This document shows, piece by piece, positions 1-10,737 of a stretch of 64,000 nucleotides of DNA. Numbering within the stretch: the stretch's first letter is position 1; every line of letters starts with the position of its first letter. Source of the stretch: Clostridia bacterium. Lineage in GTDB: Bacteria > Bacillota > DSM-521 > Neomoorellales > SLTJ01. A program made the position numbers and the translations under genes. The notes beneath the pieces are model-generated. The model was not told the DNA's origin. It saw only the letters and a list, made by a program, of their open reading frames with translations, and did not search any database. Where the stretch lies: assembly GCA_024653205.1 (NCBI GenBank), contig JANLFO010000003.1, forward strand, positions 19,901 to 83,900, in the 5' to 3' direction.

Positions 1-36
1 CTGGAAGCCAAGGAAGAGGAGATCCTGGCCTCCTAG
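1..36 (+). CDS. frr: 3' end of ribosome recycling factor (partial, enters from window start)
   Basis: Frame 1 reads LEAKEEEILAS* then TAG at 34-36. The K/E-rich tail and the conserved frr-uppS-cdsA order that follows support the call. Confidence 0.45.
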   Translation: MEAKEEEILAS

Positions 37-46
37 GTGACGCGTC

Positions 47-271
47 TTGACCCTGCCGCCCGAAATGCCGGATCTAATCGGCCTGCCGGAGAAGGAAGCC
101 CGGGCGCGCCTGGCGGAATTGGGGATGGCGGTGGAGATCCGGGTTACAGTGCCTCCCCGCAAGAAAACCTCCGAAGAACCACTGAGGGTGGTACGGCAGA
201 GGCTCCTGGCCCCCGGGCGCGTGGAATTGGTGCTGGCCGCCTTTCCCGAAGGAATACGGGAATCGGTCTGA
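47..271 (+). CDS. small PASTA-domain-like protein (74 aa)
   Basis: TTG start 6 nt after AGGTGA. The sequence MPDLIGLPEKEARARLAELGMAVEIRV...RVVRQ...GRVELVLA fits the PASTA pattern (PdlvGl..eeA...L...Gl.v). Confidence 0.45.
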   Translation: MTLPPEMPDLIGLPEKEARARLAELGMAVEIRVTVPPRKKTSEEPLRVVRQRLLAPGRVELVLAAFPEGIRESV

Positions 272-340
272 TTGTGGCTTCCACTTCCTTTTTCCTGCCC
301 GACGAGCTTTGAGCCCCCTTCCTGCGAGGGGGTTAATAAG

Positions 341-1147
341 TTGAAGGAAGGTAAATCGAGCGTGGTCGCGTGGCTATGGCGGAACCGAAGGGTATGGCGG
401 CGTCTCCAAGCGCGACGGCTCAGGCGGCGCATAGATCCCAATCGCCTTCCACGGCACGTAGCCATAATCATGGACGGCAACGGCCGCTGGGCCCGGCGCC
501 GTGGCCTTCCCCGAGTGCTGGGGCATCGGGCGGGCGTGGAAGCCCTGCGTTCAATAGTGGAAGCCTGTATTGACGTGGGCATCGGCGTACTTACGGTTTA
601 CGCCTTTTCCACCGAAAACTGGAAACGGCCGCCGGAGGAAGTCAACTCCCTGATGGAGCTCCTGGTTGAGTACCTGCAAAAGGAACTTGCGGAATTGAAG
701 CAGAACGGGGTGCAAATCCGACCTATCGGCGACCTGGAATCGCTGCCCCCGCGGGTCCGGGCCGAACTGCGGAAAGCCCAGGAGGAAACCAGGGAAGAAC
801 ACAACCTGATCCTTAACGTAGCGGTCAACTACGGCGGTCGGGCCGAACTGGTACGGGCAACGCGGCTGATCGCGCAGGCGGCGGCCAGCGGCAAGCTGTC
901 TCCGGAGGCCATTGATGAGCGCACCCTGGCCGAATACCTCTATACTGCCGGCCTTCCTGATCCCGACCTTATAATCAGGCCGTCCGGGGAAATGCGTCTG
1001 AGCAATTTTCTGCTCTGGCAAAGTGCCTATAGCGAACTGTGGGTCACTCCCACCCTTTGGCCGGATTTCAGCCCCGCCGAACTGTGGGCGGCCATAGCCG
1101 AATTCCAGCGGAGGCATCGGCGCTTTGGCGGACTCGAGCCTGAGTAG
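341..1147 (+). CDS. uppS: isoprenyl transferase / undecaprenyl diphosphate synthase
   Basis: HVAIIMDGNGRWA and RPSGEMRLSNFLLWQSAYSE motifs. The ORF opens at 272; TTG 341 is preferred because GAGGGGG lies 8 nt upstream and gives a homologue-like length of about 268 aa. Confidence 0.93.
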   Translation: MKEGKSSVVAWLWRNRRVWRRLQARRLRRRIDPNRLPRHVAIIMDGNGRWARRRGLPRVLGHRAGVEALRSIVEACIDVGIGVLTVYAFSTENWKRPPEEVNSLMELLVEYLQKELAELKQNGVQIRPIGDLESLPPRVRAELRKAQEETREEHNLILNVAVNYGGRAELVRATRLIAQAAASGKLSPEAIDERTLAEYLYTAGLPDPDLIIRPSGEMRLSNFLLWQSAYSELWVTPTLWPDFSPAELWAAIAEFQRRHRRFGGLEPE

Positions 1148-1916
1148 ACGTGCATTTACGGCTGCGATAGGCATCCCCCTGCTGCTGGCTCTGGCCTATG
1201 CCGGTGGCTGGCCCTGGCTGGCGGCGGTCGCCCTCTTGCAAGGCCTGGCTACCGCCGAGGCAAGACGAATGGGTGCCCATCTGGGATGGGAACTGCCGGC
1301 ATTGCCGGATTACATACTTGCCGTTTTTTTTCAGTTGGCGGTGTATTTCTGCGGATTGCCGGGCTATGCTGGGGCCGTACTGGTTGCCTTGGCCGTACGG
1401 GTGGGCGTTTTCCTCCTCGCCTATCCGCGCTACCCTTTGGTTTCGGTAGCCGTCGGCTGGCTGATCGGTACCTATTTGGGGCTCTTTTCTTTTCTGGTAA
1501 TGATCGAAAGAAGCCTGGGGTGGTCTTTCTTGTGGAGCCTCTTGTTCATTACCTGGGCCAACGATACCGGCGCCTACCTGGTCGGCCGGAAGTACGGCCG
1601 GCACCGTCTGGCACCCGTACTGAGCCCCGGTAAGAGCTGGGAGGGGACCATCTCGGGATGGATGGCGGCAGTGGCAGCAGGTTTGATCCTGGCCCACTGG
1701 TTTTCCGGCCCCGCAGTAGAATGGGCGGCATTCGCCTGGGTCCTGGCCGTAGCGGGCCAGATCGGGGACCTCTGGGAATCGGCGCTCAAGCGCCAGGCGG
1801 AGATGAAGGACGCAGGTGCACTCCTGCCGGGGCACGGGGGGGTGCTGGATCGTTTCGACAGCCTGATGTTCGCGGCCCCCGTAGCCTTTTTCTTGGTCCC
1901 CGCCCTTGGCCTTTAG
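1125..1916 (+). CDS. cdsA: phosphatidate cytidylyltransferase
   Basis: Polytopic membrane protein carrying the CDS signature SALKRQAEMKDAGALLPGHGGVLDRFDS. It follows uppS as in most Firmicutes. Confidence 0.92.
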   Translation: MADSSLSRRAFTAAIGIPLLLALAYAGGWPWLAAVALLQGLATAEARRMGAHLGWELPALPDYILAVFFQLAVYFCGLPGYAGAVLVALAVRVGVFLLAYPRYPLVSVAVGWLIGTYLGLFSFLVMIERSLGWSFLWSLLFITWANDTGAYLVGRKYGRHRLAPVLSPGKSWEGTISGWMAAVAAGLILAHWFSGPAVEWAAFAWVLAVAGQIGDLWESALKRQAEMKDAGALLPGHGGVLDRFDSLMFAAPVAFFLVPALGL

Positions 1917-1975
1917 GCGCAATTGGGAAGGCACTCTAACCGAGCCTTCCAGGGTCCCTCAAAGAGGAGGAGAGC

Positions 1976-3055
1976 ATGAGAAACCGGCTTGTCCGGATAC
2001 AACGATTAGGCATAGTGATCTTCCTGGTACTTGCCAGCCTTTACCTCCTGTATTATCACCTCCTGCCCGCTCTCTGGCAAGTACTGAGAACGGTGGTTCC
2101 CTGGGTACTGCCGTTTGTGGCCGGCTGGTTTCTCGCCGCGCTGCTCGACCCGGCAGTAGACTGGCTGGAACACCGGGCCCGCTGGCCGAGGACGTTGGCC
2201 TCTGCAGTGCTGGTGCTCCTGGCAACCATCGTCCTGTCGCTGTTCCTGGCCGTATTGGTAGCCAAGATGGTTGCCGAACTCGCACACCTGGCGGTAGAAC
2301 TCCCCCGCTACGGAGCCCTTCTTAAGGAAGGGATACTGCAGCTTGACGCCCTCTACAAACAACTTCCACCCCAGGTACTCGAGGCCACGCAGGGCTCGAT
2401 CGAAACCCTGATGGGTTACCTGCGAGGTCTGCTAACCCGGGTAGTTCAAGACCTGGTCGGGGTGGCCGCCGGCATTCCCCGGGGGTTCATTGCCCTAATC
2501 GTGGCCCTGGTGGCTTCCTTCTTCTTCAGTCGGGACCGGGATCTCATTCGCAAAGGGACCCTTTCACTCTTCCCGTGGTTATACCGACCGCAGGTGGCCG
2601 ACGTCTTGCGAGAAGTAGGCGCGGGAGTAATAGGGTATTTTAAGGCCCAGGGATTACTCATAGGGTTCACCGCACTCCAGGTACTGGCCGGCCTTTACCT
2701 CCTGAAGGTGAAGTACGCGCTGACCCTGAGCCTTTTTATCGCCTTGCTGGACATCCTACCGGTGGTGGGACCGGGCACGGTGTTCCTGCCCTGGGCGGGC
2801 TGGGAATTGGTCAACCGGCACTACGGCCTCGGGTTGGCCTTGATCGCTCTTTATGCTACCATAACCGTAGTCCGCCAGATTCTAGAACCCAAGGTGGTGG
2901 GCCGGAACCTGGGCCTGCATCCTTTGGCCGCTCTGGCCAGCATCTTTATCGGCATCCAGGCTCTGGGCCTGGTTGGAGCCGTACTGGGACCGCTGCTGCT
3001 CGTGTTCCTGAAGGCAGCCTACCGGGCGGGATTGCTTCGCAGGCAACAACCTTAG
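1976..3055 (+). CDS. AI-2E family transporter / sporulation integral membrane protein YtvI-like
   Basis: ATG follows the AAGAGGAGGAG RBS. It is a 359-aa multi-TM protein with a PerM/YtvI-like layout (FFFSRDRD..., long C-terminal TM bundle). Confidence 0.7.
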   Translation: MRNRLVRIQRLGIVIFLVLASLYLLYYHLLPALWQVLRTVVPWVLPFVAGWFLAALLDPAVDWLEHRARWPRTLASAVLVLLATIVLSLFLAVLVAKMVAELAHLAVELPRYGALLKEGILQLDALYKQLPPQVLEATQGSIETLMGYLRGLLTRVVQDLVGVAAGIPRGFIALIVALVASFFFSRDRDLIRKGTLSLFPWLYRPQVADVLREVGAGVIGYFKAQGLLIGFTALQVLAGLYLLKVKYALTLSLFIALLDILPVVGPGTVFLPWAGWELVNRHYGLGLALIALYATITVVRQILEPKVVGRNLGLHPLAALASIFIGIQALGLVGAVLGPLLLVFLKAAYRAGLLRRQQP

Positions 3056-3075
3056 GTGGAGAAGGGAAGGAACAG

Positions 3076-4233
3076 GTGAGCAAGGGAGTAGCCGTGTTGG
3101 GGTCCACCGGGTCTATCGGCCGACAGGCCCTGGAGGTGATCCGGGCCTTCCCCGACCGCCTCCGGGCCGTTGCCCTGGCCAGCCGGGGCAAAGACCCGGC
3201 ACTGCTGCGGCAACAGGCGGTGGAGTTCCGGCCAAAGCTGGTAGCCGTGGCCGATCCCCAAACCGCCGCCGCCCTCAAGACCGAGCTTCCCCCGGGAACC
3301 GAAGTGGTGTGGGGCGAGGAGGGCCTTGCGGCCTGCTGCAGCCTGGCGGAGGTGTCGCTGGTGTTAAACGCGGTAGGCGGGGTGGAGGGGCTTGCCGCCA
3401 GCCGCGCGGCGGTACACGCCGGAAGGCATCTGGCGCTCGCCAACAAGGAAAGCCTGGTTGTGGCCGGAGCGCTCCTGCTAAGGGAGGCGGAGGCTCGCGG
3501 CGTTTGCCTCCTCCCGGTGGATAGCGAGCACGCCGCGCTCCACCAGTGTCTTGCCGGCCGATCCCGACCCGTGGCACGACTCATACTTACCGCCAGCGGG
3601 GGTCCGTTCCGAGACTGGCCCGTGGAGAGACTGCCTCAGGTTACCCCGGAAATGGCCCTGCGGCACCCCACCTGGCGAATGGGTCCCAAGATCACCGTAG
3701 ACTCCGCCACGCTGGCCAACAAGGCCTTGGAGGTCATCGAGGCCCACTGGCTCTTTGGGGTACCCTATTCCCAGATCGAGGTGATCTTACACCCCCAGAG
3801 CTTGGTGCACTCGCTGGTAGCCTTTGCCGACGGCAATCTCCTGGCCCAACTCGGGCCTCCCGACATGCGGCTGCCGATTCAATATGCCCTGAGTTACCCG
3901 GAAAGCTGGCCTTCGCCCTTCGGAGCCTGGAACTGGGAAGGCATACCACCCCTAACCTTTGAAACCCCGGACCAGGACCGTTTCCCCTGCCTGCGCCTGG
4001 GTTACTGGGCGGGGCGGCAAGGGGGTACCTACCCGGCGGTGCTGGCAGGTGCCGACGAGAGTGCAGTAGAACTCTTCCTGGCCGGCATCATAGGTTTCGA
4101 AGAGATCCCCAGGCTAATAGAGGAGGCGTTGACCTGCCACCGCCCCGTCGCCGAACCCACCTGGGAAGAGGTTAAGGAGGCCGTGGCCTGGGCGCGGCGG
4201 TGGGTAAAAGAGAGGAAGGGTGGGCGCTGGTGA
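3076..4233 (+). CDS. dxr: 1-deoxy-D-xylulose 5-phosphate reductoisomerase
   Basis: N-terminal VLGSTGSIGRQALEV (NADPH site), plus LANKESLV, DSEH and PDMRLPIQYAL motifs. Confidence 0.96.
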   Translation: MSKGVAVLGSTGSIGRQALEVIRAFPDRLRAVALASRGKDPALLRQQAVEFRPKLVAVADPQTAAALKTELPPGTEVVWGEEGLAACCSLAEVSLVLNAVGGVEGLAASRAAVHAGRHLALANKESLVVAGALLLREAEARGVCLLPVDSEHAALHQCLAGRSRPVARLILTASGGPFRDWPVERLPQVTPEMALRHPTWRMGPKITVDSATLANKALEVIEAHWLFGVPYSQIEVILHPQSLVHSLVAFADGNLLAQLGPPDMRLPIQYALSYPESWPSPFGAWNWEGIPPLTFETPDQDRFPCLRLGYWAGRQGGTYPAVLAGADESAVELFLAGIIGFEEIPRLIEEALTCHRPVAEPTWEEVKEAVAWARRWVKERKGGRW

Positions 4234-5249
4234 GCCCTCAGGAGATATTGATAGCCCTCGTGTTCTTTTCGCTCCTGATAGCCGTACATGAGTTCGGTCA
4301 CTTCCTGGCCGCCAAACTATGCCGGGTACGGGTAGAGGAGTTTTCCGTGGGCATGGGGCCGTTGTTGGTCGGGAAGAAGTGGGGTGAAACCTTCTATTGC
4401 CTTCGGGCGGTGCCGCTGGGCGGCTACAACAAGATGGCGGGAATGGAACCGGAAACGCTTGACGACCCCCGGGGCTTCTATCGGCAGAGCGCCGGGCGGC
4501 GCCTGGCGATCCTGATTTCCGGATCCCTGATGAACTTTCTCCTGGCGGTTCTGATTTACGCTTTCATCTTTTGGGCCCTGGGCTCTCCGTCCAACCAACC
4601 GGTGATCGGCCGGGTATTGCCGGATTGGCCGGCCCAGGAGGCAGGCCTGGCCGCCGGCGACCGGATAGTGGCCATAAACGGCCGGTCGATAGACTACTGG
4701 CAGGATATGGTGAGCATAATCCACCGGAGCCCGGGAATGCCGCTGGAACTCACGGTAGAGCGGAAGGGCCGGGTGTTCAGGGTAGAAATCGTGCCCCGGC
4801 TGGATCCCCAGAGCCAGGTGGGAATGATCGGGGTCGAACCCTCCCTGATACGATTCAGCCCGTTCGGGGCCCTGGGGCAGGGAATACGACAGACCGCGTT
4901 GGTGCTCTACCTGGTCCTGGTAGGTCTGGGCCAGATGTTTGCCCGACAGGTGCCGGTAGACCTGGTCGGGCCGGTGGGCGTAGTGCAGCTACTGGGTGAG
5001 GCGGCGCGCTTCGGAACCGCCAGCGTACTGAGCTTTGCTGCTTTTATCAGCCTAAACCTGGGCCTCTTCAACCTGTTTCCCATTCCGGCTCTGGACGGAA
5101 GTCGCCTGCTGTTCCTGGCCGTGGAGGCCCTACGGGGCCGTCCCGTGGACCCCCGCAAGGAGGGACTGGTCCACCTGGTCGGCTTCGCCGTTCTGGTCGG
5201 TATGCTGCTAATCATCACCTACCGCGATCTGCTGCGGATATTCGGCTAG
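4230..5249 (+). CDS. rseP: RIP metalloprotease RseP/RasP (M50 site-2 protease)
   Basis: HEFGHFLAAK zinc motif, internal PDZ (AGLAAGDRIVAING), and a C-terminal NLFPIPALDG motif. The GTG start overlaps the dxr stop (GTGA). Confidence 0.93.
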   Translation: MSPQEILIALVFFSLLIAVHEFGHFLAAKLCRVRVEEFSVGMGPLLVGKKWGETFYCLRAVPLGGYNKMAGMEPETLDDPRGFYRQSAGRRLAILISGSLMNFLLAVLIYAFIFWALGSPSNQPVIGRVLPDWPAQEAGLAAGDRIVAINGRSIDYWQDMVSIIHRSPGMPLELTVERKGRVFRVEIVPRLDPQSQVGMIGVEPSLIRFSPFGALGQGIRQTALVLYLVLVGLGQMFARQVPVDLVGPVGVVQLLGEAARFGTASVLSFAAFISLNLGLFNLFPIPALDGSRLLFLAVEALRGRPVDPRKEGLVHLVGFAVLVGMLLIITYRDLLRIFG

Positions 5250-5261
5250 GGGAGGGCAAAT

Positions 5262-6326
5262 ATGCGCCGGCCCAGCCTGGCTCTGCGCATCGGAACGGTC
5301 ACCGTGGGGGGCGGCGCCCCGGTAGTGGTGCAGTCCATGACCAAGACCGACACCCGGGATGCCTCGGCCACCCTTGCCCAGATCCGAAAACTGGCCGCAG
5401 TGGGCTGTGAACTGGTCCGCGTGGCGGTACCCGATTGGGAGGCGGCCGCCGCGCTGAAAACCATCAAGGCCCGGTCGCCTCTGCCGGTAGTGGCCGACAT
5501 CCACTTCGACTACCGGCTGGCGCTGGCCGCCCTGGAGGCCGGGGTAGACGGGTTGCGCCTGAATCCCGGCAACATAGGAGGCCCGAAACGCATCAAGGAA
5601 GTGGTTCGCGAGGCGGCGGCCAGGCAGGTGCCCATCCGCATAGGCGTTAACGCCGGTTCCCTGGAGAAAGACCTGCGCGGCCGTTACGGTCGTCCCACGC
5701 CCGAAGCGCTGGTGGAAAGCGCCCTGCGCCACATCCGGCTGTTGGAAGATCTCGGGTTTACGCTGATAAAGGTCTCGCTTAAGGCCGCCGACGTACCCCT
5801 GACGGTAGCCGCCTACCGGCTGCTGGCCAACCAGGTACGCTATCCGTTACACCTGGGTATCACGGAAGCCGGGCCTCTGGTTAGCGGAAGTGTGAAGTCC
5901 GCCCTGGGCATCGGCATTCTTCTGGCGGAGGGCATCGGCGATACCATCAGGGTTTCGCTTACCGCGGAGCCCCGCTGGGAGGTAAAGGTAGCCTACGACA
6001 TCCTGCGCAGCCTGGACCTGCGCCGGCGGGGAGTGGAAATCATCTCCTGCCCTACCTGCGGCCGGTGCCACATTGATGTGGCCGCCCTGGCCCAGGCGGT
6101 GGAAGAAAGGCTGTCCGGCGTCGCCGAGCCCCTTCGGGTGGCGGTAATGGGCTGCGAGGTTAACGGGCCGGGAGAGGCCCGGCAGGCGGACGTCGGTGTG
6201 GCCGGGTCCCGCCGAGGCGGGGTGATCTTCCGCCGGGGCGAGATAGTGAGACGGGTGAGCTCGGAGGCGCTGCTGGAGGCCTTGACCGAAGAAGTAGCCC
6301 AAGTCCTGGGTCGACCTATCCACTAG
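5262..6326 (+). CDS. ispG: 4-hydroxy-3-methylbut-2-en-1-yl diphosphate synthase (flavodoxin)
   Basis: GcpE-type sequence: [19 protein letters not shown], and C-terminal CPTCGRC...[10 protein letters not shown] cluster ligands. Confidence 0.96.
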   Translation: MRRPSLALRIGTVTVGGGAPVVVQSMTKTDTRDASATLAQIRKLAAVGCELVRVAVPDWEAAAALKTIKARSPLPVVADIHFDYRLALAALEAGVDGLRLNPGNIGGPKRIKEVVREAAARQVPIRIGVNAGSLEKDLRGRYGRPTPEALVESALRHIRLLEDLGFTLIKVSLKAADVPLTVAAYRLLANQVRYPLHLGITEAGPLVSGSVKSALGIGILLAEGIGDTIRVSLTAEPRWEVKVAYDILRSLDLRRRGVEIISCPTCGRCHIDVAALAQAVEERLSGVAEPLRVAVMGCEVNGPGEARQADVGVAGSRRGGVIFRRGEIVRRVSSEALLEALTEEVAQVLGRPIH

Positions 6327-6342
6327 ACGGAGGTGTTCGCCG

Positions 6343-8052
6343 ATGCGGTTTTCCGCTCTTCTCGCGCCTACCCTGCGGGAAGTACCGGGTGAGGCCGAAG
6401 TGGTCAGCCACCAGTTGCTCCTGCGTGCCGGGATGATTCGCCGGGTGGCGGCAGGAGTTTATACCTACCTGCCTTTGGGGTGGCGGGTGGCAGAAAAGAT
6501 TATGCGCATAGTACGGCAGGAGATGGATCGGGCCGGCGGACAGGAATTGCTGCTTCCCATCATTCAGCCCGCCGAATTGTGGCAGGCTACGGGCCGCTGG
6601 GACGTGTACGGTCCGGAAATGTTCCGGCTGAACGACCGCCACGGCCGGCCCTTCTGCCTGGGGCCCACCCATGAAGAGCTCATTACCGCTCTGGTCAGGG
6701 CGGAGGTCCGCTCCTATCGACAGTTACCCCTGCTTCTCTACCAGATCCAGAACAAGTACCGGGACGAGCGCCGGCCGCGTTTTGGCCTCCTCCGGGGCAG
6801 GGAATTCATCATGAAGGACCTCTATTCCTTCGACCGGGACGAAGCCGGAATGCAGGCCAGCTACGAACGCATGTACGAGGCCTACTGCCGGACTTTCAGC
6901 CGGCTGGGACTGAGCTTCCGGGTGGTGGAGGCAGATCCCGGAGCCATCGGCGGTGGGCTCTCCCAGGAATTCATGGTTACCGCCGCCACCGGGGAGGCGG
7001 GAATAGTGTTCTGCCCGGCCTGCGGCTATGCCGCGGACGTGGACAAGGCCCCCTGCCGTCCCCAGGAGTTGCCGCCGGAGGAACCCCAACCTCCCAAAGC
7101 CGTTCCCACCCCAGAGGCGCGTACGGTTGAAGAGGTGGCCGCCTACCTGGGAGTGCCGACCGATCGCATTCTCAAGACCCTGTTCTACATAGCCGACGGC
7201 CGCCTGATAGGCGTAATACTGCGCGGTGATCGGCGGTTAAACGAGGCCAAGCTGATCAACCTCCTGAGGTGCACCTCTTTAGAGATGGCCGAAGACCGGC
7301 AGATCGAAGAAGCTACGGGGAGCCCGCCGGGCTTCGTTGGACCGGTGGGCCTGGAACAGGTCCCGATGTACGCCGACCAGGAAGTGTTCTACCTCACCAA
7401 TGCCGTCGCCGGAGCCAATCGCGAAGGATACCACCTGGTGAACGTGAATCCCGGCCGGGACTTCCGGGCCCTCAAGGGCGATCTCCGCTGCGCGGAGGCT
7501 CAGGACCCCTGCCCGCAATGCGGGCGGCCCCTGGAGGCAACGCAGGGAATCGAGGTAGGCCAGATTTTCCAGCTGGGCACCAAGTACAGCCGTGCTCTGG
7601 GCGCCACCTACCTGGATGAGCGGGGCGCGGAGCGCCTTATCGTGATGGGCTGTTACGGAATCGGCATTAGCAGGACCATGGCTGCGGCAGTCGAGCAGCA
7701 CCACGACGATGCGGGCATCATCTGGCCGGCCTCCATAGCTCCCTATCAGGCGGTAGTAGTGGCGGTCAACCCTGCCGAATCCCGCCAGCGGGAGGTGGCG
7801 GAAGCCCTCTACGGGCAGCTCCAGGCGGCCGGAATAGAAGTGGTTCTGGACGACCGTCCGGAGCGGGCGGGAGTGAAATTCGCCGATGCCGACCTCATCG
7901 GTTTTCCCTGGAGGATAACCGTGGGCAGGAAGGCGGCAGAACAGAGCCGGGTGGACGTCCGGCGCCGGGGAACCGCGGACGAGATCTCCCTGCCTCCCGA
8001 GGGGGTACGGGAATACCTGAAACGGCAATTGACCGAAGAAGGTATAAACTAG
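6343..8052 (+). CDS. proS: proline--tRNA ligase (bacterial type with INS editing domain)
   Basis: 569 aa. Class II motifs ([55 protein letters not shown]). Confidence 0.96.
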   Translation: MRFSALLAPTLREVPGEAEVVSHQLLLRAGMIRRVAAGVYTYLPLGWRVAEKIMRIVRQEMDRAGGQELLLPIIQPAELWQATGRWDVYGPEMFRLNDRHGRPFCLGPTHEELITALVRAEVRSYRQLPLLLYQIQNKYRDERRPRFGLLRGREFIMKDLYSFDRDEAGMQASYERMYEAYCRTFSRLGLSFRVVEADPGAIGGGLSQEFMVTAATGEAGIVFCPACGYAADVDKAPCRPQELPPEEPQPPKAVPTPEARTVEEVAAYLGVPTDRILKTLFYIADGRLIGVILRGDRRLNEAKLINLLRCTSLEMAEDRQIEEATGSPPGFVGPVGLEQVPMYADQEVFYLTNAVAGANREGYHLVNVNPGRDFRALKGDLRCAEAQDPCPQCGRPLEATQGIEVGQIFQLGTKYSRALGATYLDERGAERLIVMGCYGIGISRTMAAAVEQHHDDAGIIWPASIAPYQAVVVAVNPAESRQREVAEALYGQLQAAGIEVVLDDRPERAGVKFADADLIGFPWRITVGRKAAEQSRVDVRRRGTADEISLPPEGVREYLKRQLTEEGIN

Positions 8053-8088
8053 GGCGGTCCGGCCCAGAATCTTCCTGGGTGGCGGATC

Positions 8089-8709
8089 GTGTCAATCTCG
8101 GTAATCATTCCGGCCTACAATGAAGAACGGACCGTGGGGAGCATAGTCAGGGCGGCTCTGGCCGCCCGTCCCCTGGTAACACAGGTGATCGTGGTAGACG
8201 ATGGTTCCGGCGACGGCACGGGAGCGGAGGCCCGGCGCGCCGGCGCCGAGGTGTTGGCCTGCGCACACAACCGGGGTAAGGCCGAGGCACTGCTCCGGGG
8301 AGCGGAAAACGCCGGCCAGGACACGCTGATGTTCCTGGACGCCGACCTCCTGGGGCTCAAACCGGAGCACGTGCGGGCCCTGGCCCTGCCGGTAGTCGAA
8401 GGCCGCGCTCATATGACCATAGGAGTCTTTCGGAACGGACGCCCGGCCACCGATCTGGCCCAGCGCCTGGCGCCCCAACTCTCCGGACAACGCTGCCTCA
8501 CCAAGGCGATGTTCGCGGACACGCGCCCTCTCCTGGGGCCCGGATACGGAGTGGAGAAGGCGTTGAACCTTTATGCCCGGCGCCACGGCCTGACCGTAAC
8601 CCATGTCCCCCTGGTAGGAGTAAGCCACGTCATGAAGGAAGAGAAGCGGGGTCTGTGGAGGGGAATCGAGGCCCGGGTCCGGATGTACCTGGACCTTTGG
8701 CGGGCCTGA
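8089..8709 (+). CDS. small family-2 glycosyltransferase (206 aa)
   Basis: ISVIIPAYNEE...VIVVDDGSGDGT...FLDADL (GT-A fold with DxD). Specific substrate not inferable. Confidence 0.7.
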   Translation: MSISVIIPAYNEERTVGSIVRAALAARPLVTQVIVVDDGSGDGTGAEARRAGAEVLACAHNRGKAEALLRGAENAGQDTLMFLDADLLGLKPEHVRALALPVVEGRAHMTIGVFRNGRPATDLAQRLAPQLSGQRCLTKAMFADTRPLLGPGYGVEKALNLYARRHGLTVTHVPLVGVSHVMKEEKRGLWRGIEARVRMYLDLWRA

Positions 8710-8774
8710 GCCGCCGGAGCAGGCGGTGAAACCCTGGGGCGAGAATGCCGAGACGGGGGCAGACGCAAGCTGCC

Positions 8775-8803
8775 TTGCGGGCGCCGGTGAAGTATGGTAT
8801 ACT
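8775..8803 (+). promoter_or_regulatory. sigma-A-type extended -10 promoter for the rimP-nusA-infB operon
   Basis: TTGCGG (8775-8780), 17-nt spacer, TGG-TATACT (-10 at 8798-8803). It lies in the 196-nt gap before rimP. Confidence 0.5.
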
Positions 8804-8905
8804 AGAGTTGCATAAGCCGGGGGAATGACTTTGCGCTACTCAGAGTGGGTGAAGGAGACTACCCACTCTTTATTTTGGTGGGTTGAGCCAAAAGGAGGAC
8901 TGCAG

Positions 8906-9361
8906 TTGACGGAAAGGGCCAAGGATAAGCTGACCGCCCTTCTCGAACCGGTAGTGGAGGAGACCGGTTATGAACTGGTAGACCTTGAGTACCAGAAAGA
9001 AAGCGGACACTGGGTCTTGCGCCTGTTCATTGACCGTCCGGAGGGCATCACCCTGGACGATTGCGAAGCGGTGAGCGAGAGGGTGGGGCGTTACTTGGAC
9101 GAGGTGGACCCCATCCCCCACCGGTACTTTCTCGAGGTTTCCTCGCCGGGGGTGAACCGCACCCTGCGAAAGGACAGGGATTTCGAGCGGTTCCGGGGGC
9201 AGAAAGTGTGGGTGCGCACCTACGGGCCGGTCGAAGGGCGTCGCCAGTTTCGGGGGCAACTCCAGGGATTAGAGGCCGGCTGCGTACTGGTTCGGGAGGG
9301 GGACATGGTATGGCGCATCCCCCGCGAAGCGGTGGCCAAGGCCAGGCTGGAGGCGGAGTAA
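8906..9361 (+). CDS. rimP: ribosome maturation factor RimP
   Basis: The ORF opens at 8825. TTG 8906 follows AAAGGAGGA and gives 151 aa. Sequence LLEPVVEETGYELVDLEY...LEVSSPGVNRTL is typical of RimP. Confidence 0.88.
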   Translation: MTERAKDKLTALLEPVVEETGYELVDLEYQKESGHWVLRLFIDRPEGITLDDCEAVSERVGRYLDEVDPIPHRYFLEVSSPGVNRTLRKDRDFERFRGQKVWVRTYGPVEGRRQFRGQLQGLEAGCVLVREGDMVWRIPREAVAKARLEAE

Positions 9362-9381
9362 GCAGGGGAGGACCAGAAAGC

Positions 9382-10419
9382 ATGAACGCGGAGTTTATGG
9401 AGGCTTTGAGAGAGATCGAGCGGGAGAAGAGCATACCTCTGGAGATGCTACTCGAGGCCATCGAAGCCGCCCTTCTGTCTGCCTACCGGAAAAACTTCGG
9501 TACGGCGCAAAACGCACGGGTGGAAATCGATCGCACCACCGGCGCCCTAAGAGTACTGGCGCAAAAAACCGTGGCCGAGAAAGTAGACGATCCGCGAGAA
9601 GAGATCGGCCTGGAGGAAGCCCAGCGGCTTAACCCCCGCTATCAGCCCGGCGACAAGGTGGAGGTAGAGGTCACGCCCCGGGATTTCGGGCGCATCGCCG
9701 CCCAAACCGCCAAACAGGTGGTAGTCCAACGTATCCGTGAGGCCGAGCGCAACCTGATCTACGACGAATTTTCCGGCCGGGAACAGGATATCGTCACCGG
9801 CGTTGTACGGCGGGCGGAGATGAAGACCGTATTCGTAGATTTGGGTAGAACCGAGGCCATCCTGGCTCCCGCCGAACAGGTGGCTACCGAAGTCTACCGG
9901 CAGGGAGACCGGATAAAAACCTATATTGTCGAAGTCAGGAAGACCACCAAGGGGCCGCAAATCCTGGTTTCCCGTACCCACCCGGGTTTGGTCCGTCGTC
10001 TTTTCGAGCTGGAGGTGCCAGAAATCCACGAGGGTGTGGTAGAGATCAAAGCAGTGGCCCGCGAGCCCGGCCTGCGCACCAAGATCGCCGTGCATTCCCA
10101 CGATCCTAACGTGGACCCCATTGGCGCGTGCGTGGGGCCCCGAGGCGTAAGGGTGCAAACCGTAGTCAACGAGTTGCGGGGCGAGAAGATCGACATTATC
10201 CGCTGGAGTCCGGACCCGGCCGAGTTCGTGGCCAGTGCCTTGAGCCCGGCCAAGGTGGTTTCCGTAGAGCTGGACGAGGACAGCCACGCCGCCAGAGTGG
10301 TAGTTCCGGATTACCAGCTCTCCCTGGCCATAGGGCGCGAAGGACAGAACGCGCGCCTGGCGGCCCGCCTTACCGGGTGGAAAATAGATATCAAGAGCGA
10401 ATCCCAGGTAGCCGGGTAG
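9382..10419 (+). CDS. nusA: transcription termination/antitermination factor NusA
   Basis: The true start is ATG 9382 (MNAEFMEALREIEREKSIP...). S1 and two KH domains are present (GACVGPRGVRV, AIGREGQNARLAA). The track ORF's 107 extra N-terminal codons are an artefact. Confidence 0.95.
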   Translation: MNAEFMEALREIEREKSIPLEMLLEAIEAALLSAYRKNFGTAQNARVEIDRTTGALRVLAQKTVAEKVDDPREEIGLEEAQRLNPRYQPGDKVEVEVTPRDFGRIAAQTAKQVVVQRIREAERNLIYDEFSGREQDIVTGVVRRAEMKTVFVDLGRTEAILAPAEQVATEVYRQGDRIKTYIVEVRKTTKGPQILVSRTHPGLVRRLFELEVPEIHEGVVEIKAVAREPGLRTKIAVHSHDPNVDPIGACVGPRGVRVQTVVNELRGEKIDIIRWSPDPAEFVASALSPAKVVSVELDEDSHAARVVVPDYQLSLAIGREGQNARLAARLTGWKIDIKSESQVAG

Positions 10420-10440
10420 GCGGCCGGGGGCGACCGGAAC

Positions 10441-10737
10441 ATGGTCAAACCCAAGAGGATCCCGGAACGAATGTGCGTGGGGTGCCGGGCCAAGCGTCCC
10501 AAGAAGGAACTGGTGCGGGTGGTAAGAACCCCGGAGGGGCAGATCCTGGTGGACGCTACGGGCAAACAGGCAGGGCGGGGGGCCTATATATGTCCCGAGG
10601 AAGCCTGCCTTAACCGGGCGGTCAAAAGCAAGGCCTTGGAAAGGGCCCTGGGCGTTCCCGTTCAGACGGAGATCCTGGTCGACCTGGCGGTCCAGATCCG
10701 GCGGCGCAAGGAAGAGCAACTGCACGGGGGTGACTGA
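10441..10737 (+). CDS. ylxR: YlxR/RnpM family (DUF448) RNA-binding protein
   Basis: RMCVGCRAKRPKKELVRVV...GRGAYICP motif, in the conserved position between nusA and infB. Confidence 0.88.
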   Translation: MVKPKRIPERMCVGCRAKRPKKELVRVVRTPEGQILVDATGKQAGRGAYICPEEACLNRAVKSKALERALGVPVQTEILVDLAVQIRRRKEEQLHGGD